In this document: positions 62,579 to 64,000 of the stretch, piece after piece
How the letters are laid out: every line of letters begins with the position of its first letter
Numbering within the stretch: the stretch's first letter is position 1
Assembly: GCA_002269645.1 (NCBI GenBank)
Contig: NIVC01002560.1
Span: 1 to 64,000, forward strand
Length of the DNA stretch: 64,000 bases
From: Macrostomum lignano
Lineage: Eukaryota
Direction of reading: 5' to 3'
Notes under the pieces: generated by a model
What the model was told of the DNA's origin: nothing
The model's input: the letters and a program-made list of their open reading frames with translations, nothing else
Database searches by the model: none
Program-made: the position numbers and the translations under genes

Positions 62579-64000
62579 TCAGTCCTTGTAGATTTTCACG
62601 CCCGCCCGAGCAGCGCGGGGGTGCGGGCGCAGCGCCACGGGGGAGGCGGGTGGATCTCGGGCCGCCTCGCCCGAAGCTCTCGGTGCAGCGGTCTGCGTCT
62701 GGGCGCCGGCGTCGGCCAAGTCGGGGCTGACGACTTTGACCGCCGTGCAGTGCCGCCAGCAGGTCGTGCCGTCCCGGCGTAGCAGCAGCGAGTTGCCGGC
62801 CACCCGCTGGACTGTCCAGGCACCGCTCTCGAATGGCGTCTGCGTCTTGCTGGCACCGACCCGCCGTCGTAGCACCGAGTCGCCGACCTGGACGTCGTGC
62901 CGCCGTGGTCGCCTTTTTGCGTCCGCGTGCTGCTTCATCGCCGCCTTGGCGCCAGCGTCGGTTTCTCTCAGCCGCTGCTCGTTGATGCGGACTCGCTGGG
63001 ACGGCCGGGCGGTGGGGATGATGTCGTTTGGCCGCCGGCCCATCAGCAGCTCGGCTGGTGCGCGCCCGGTGGCCGTGTGCGGCGTGTTCCTGTAGGCCAG
63101 CAGCCACTCGTCCAGAGCGGTCCTCCAGTCCTTCCGCTCCTCGATGGCTGCTCGCACGACTTTGTTGATGGAGCGGTTCAGTCGCTCTGTCATGCCGTTG
63201 GCCGCTGGGTAGTAGGGCGTGATGAGGCGGTGCTTGATCCCGTAGCTCGCCAGGAACCGGCCGAACTCCTTGGACGAGAAAGGTGGTCCATTATCTGTCA
63301 CGAGCTCCTGTGGGATCCCGAAGCGGGCGAACATCTCTCGCAGGCAGGGAATCAATGCCTCGGCCGTCGTCGTCTGCATGAGCTGCACCTCCGGAAACCT
63401 TGAGTAGCGGTCCACGCACACCAGCAGCATGTTGTTGTTGATGGGTCCCACGAAATCGGCGCCGATCGACAGCCAGGCGCCCGCGGGGATCGGCGTCGGC
63501 TGCAGAGGCGTGGCCCGGACGGCTGGCGTGTGCGACGTGATGGCGCAGCTGCGGCATCGACTGACGAATTCCTCCGCTTGAGTTGCCATCCTCGGCCATC
63601 AGACCTTCGTGCAGAGTCTGGCGATCGTCTTCTGCGAGCACTGGTGCCCTTGATGCGCTAATTCGAGCATCTGCTGCCGCAGATCAGCTGGCACGACGAT
63701 TCGGTGGTGTCGAAGGAGGACCCCGTCAACCACAGACAGCTCCTCTCGCAGCGCGTGGAGCGAGCGCATCTCGGGGTTGGAGCGATCCCACCGACCGCCT
63801 TGCGTCGCCGCTATCGCCGCCCGGATAACTGGGTCGCTGGCAGAGCTCTTGCGGATGTCTTGGAGTGTCAGCGCCATCGGCACAGCCGCCTGCGCTACCT
63901 CGTTGATGTAGGCCTCCCTCCGCTGCTCGCCAAAACTTCCGTCGTGCTCGCTTAGGGGCTGCCTGCTGAGTACATCTGCAGCATTGGAGGCTCCCGGCTG
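62579..64000 (-). pseudogene. Gypsy pol (integrase) reading frame with one premature TGA
   Basis: ORFs 63883-63599 and 63589-62579 are in the same frame, separated by AAG GTC TGA TGG CCG AGG ATG; TGA falls where KV-W-WP is usual. Confidence 0.8.

Larger units (their letters stand above)
62182..64000 (-). mobile_element. Ty3/Gypsy LTR retrotransposon, 3' part (RNase H end, integrase, PPT, LTR); continues beyond window
   Basis: Minus frame from 64000: QPGASNAADVLSR, integrase zinc-binding HQGHQ...KV*WPRM...C..C, core IGADFVGP, VDRYSRFPEV, VTDNGPPF, PAANGMTER; stop at 62579. Confidence 0.9.

Overview
This is eukaryotic animal genomic DNA. It has GC-rich spliced exons, introns filled with tandem repeats, and TTAGGG-type repeats. 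The style suggests a free-living flatworm such as Macrostomum, but that is an inference, not a database result. Genes built by hand from GT/GC-AG junctions are: a Strawberry-notch-family helicase-like gene (-, running off the left edge, frameshifted); a 12-exon NRPS-like A-T-R-SDR enzyme with the architecture and motifs of fungal ATRR glycine-betaine reductase (+, 8703-15502, the standout find); an orphan protein with a Q/E repeat and a propeller-like tail; a DEG/ENaC channel with two in-frame stops; an orphan 5-exon gene head-to-head with an intronless divergent alpha-tubulin; a 15-exon conventional PKC with a GC-AG intron; and a frameshifted SUR1/OCH1-type GT32 glycosyltransferase. Mobile DNA includes two hAT-type non-autonomous elements (one CpG-decayed, one young), an LTR remnant with a tRNA-Leu PBS, an intact APE-RT LINE, a Penelope fragment carrying a minimal hammerhead ribozyme, and the 3' end of a Ty3/Gypsy element. 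Many mini- and microsatellites are present, including a 4.9-kb 40-bp satellite with higher-order structure and a telomere-derived 28-bp satellite. Exon coordinates, motif reads and counts were done by eye and may be off by a few bases. Family assignments are from recalled motifs.
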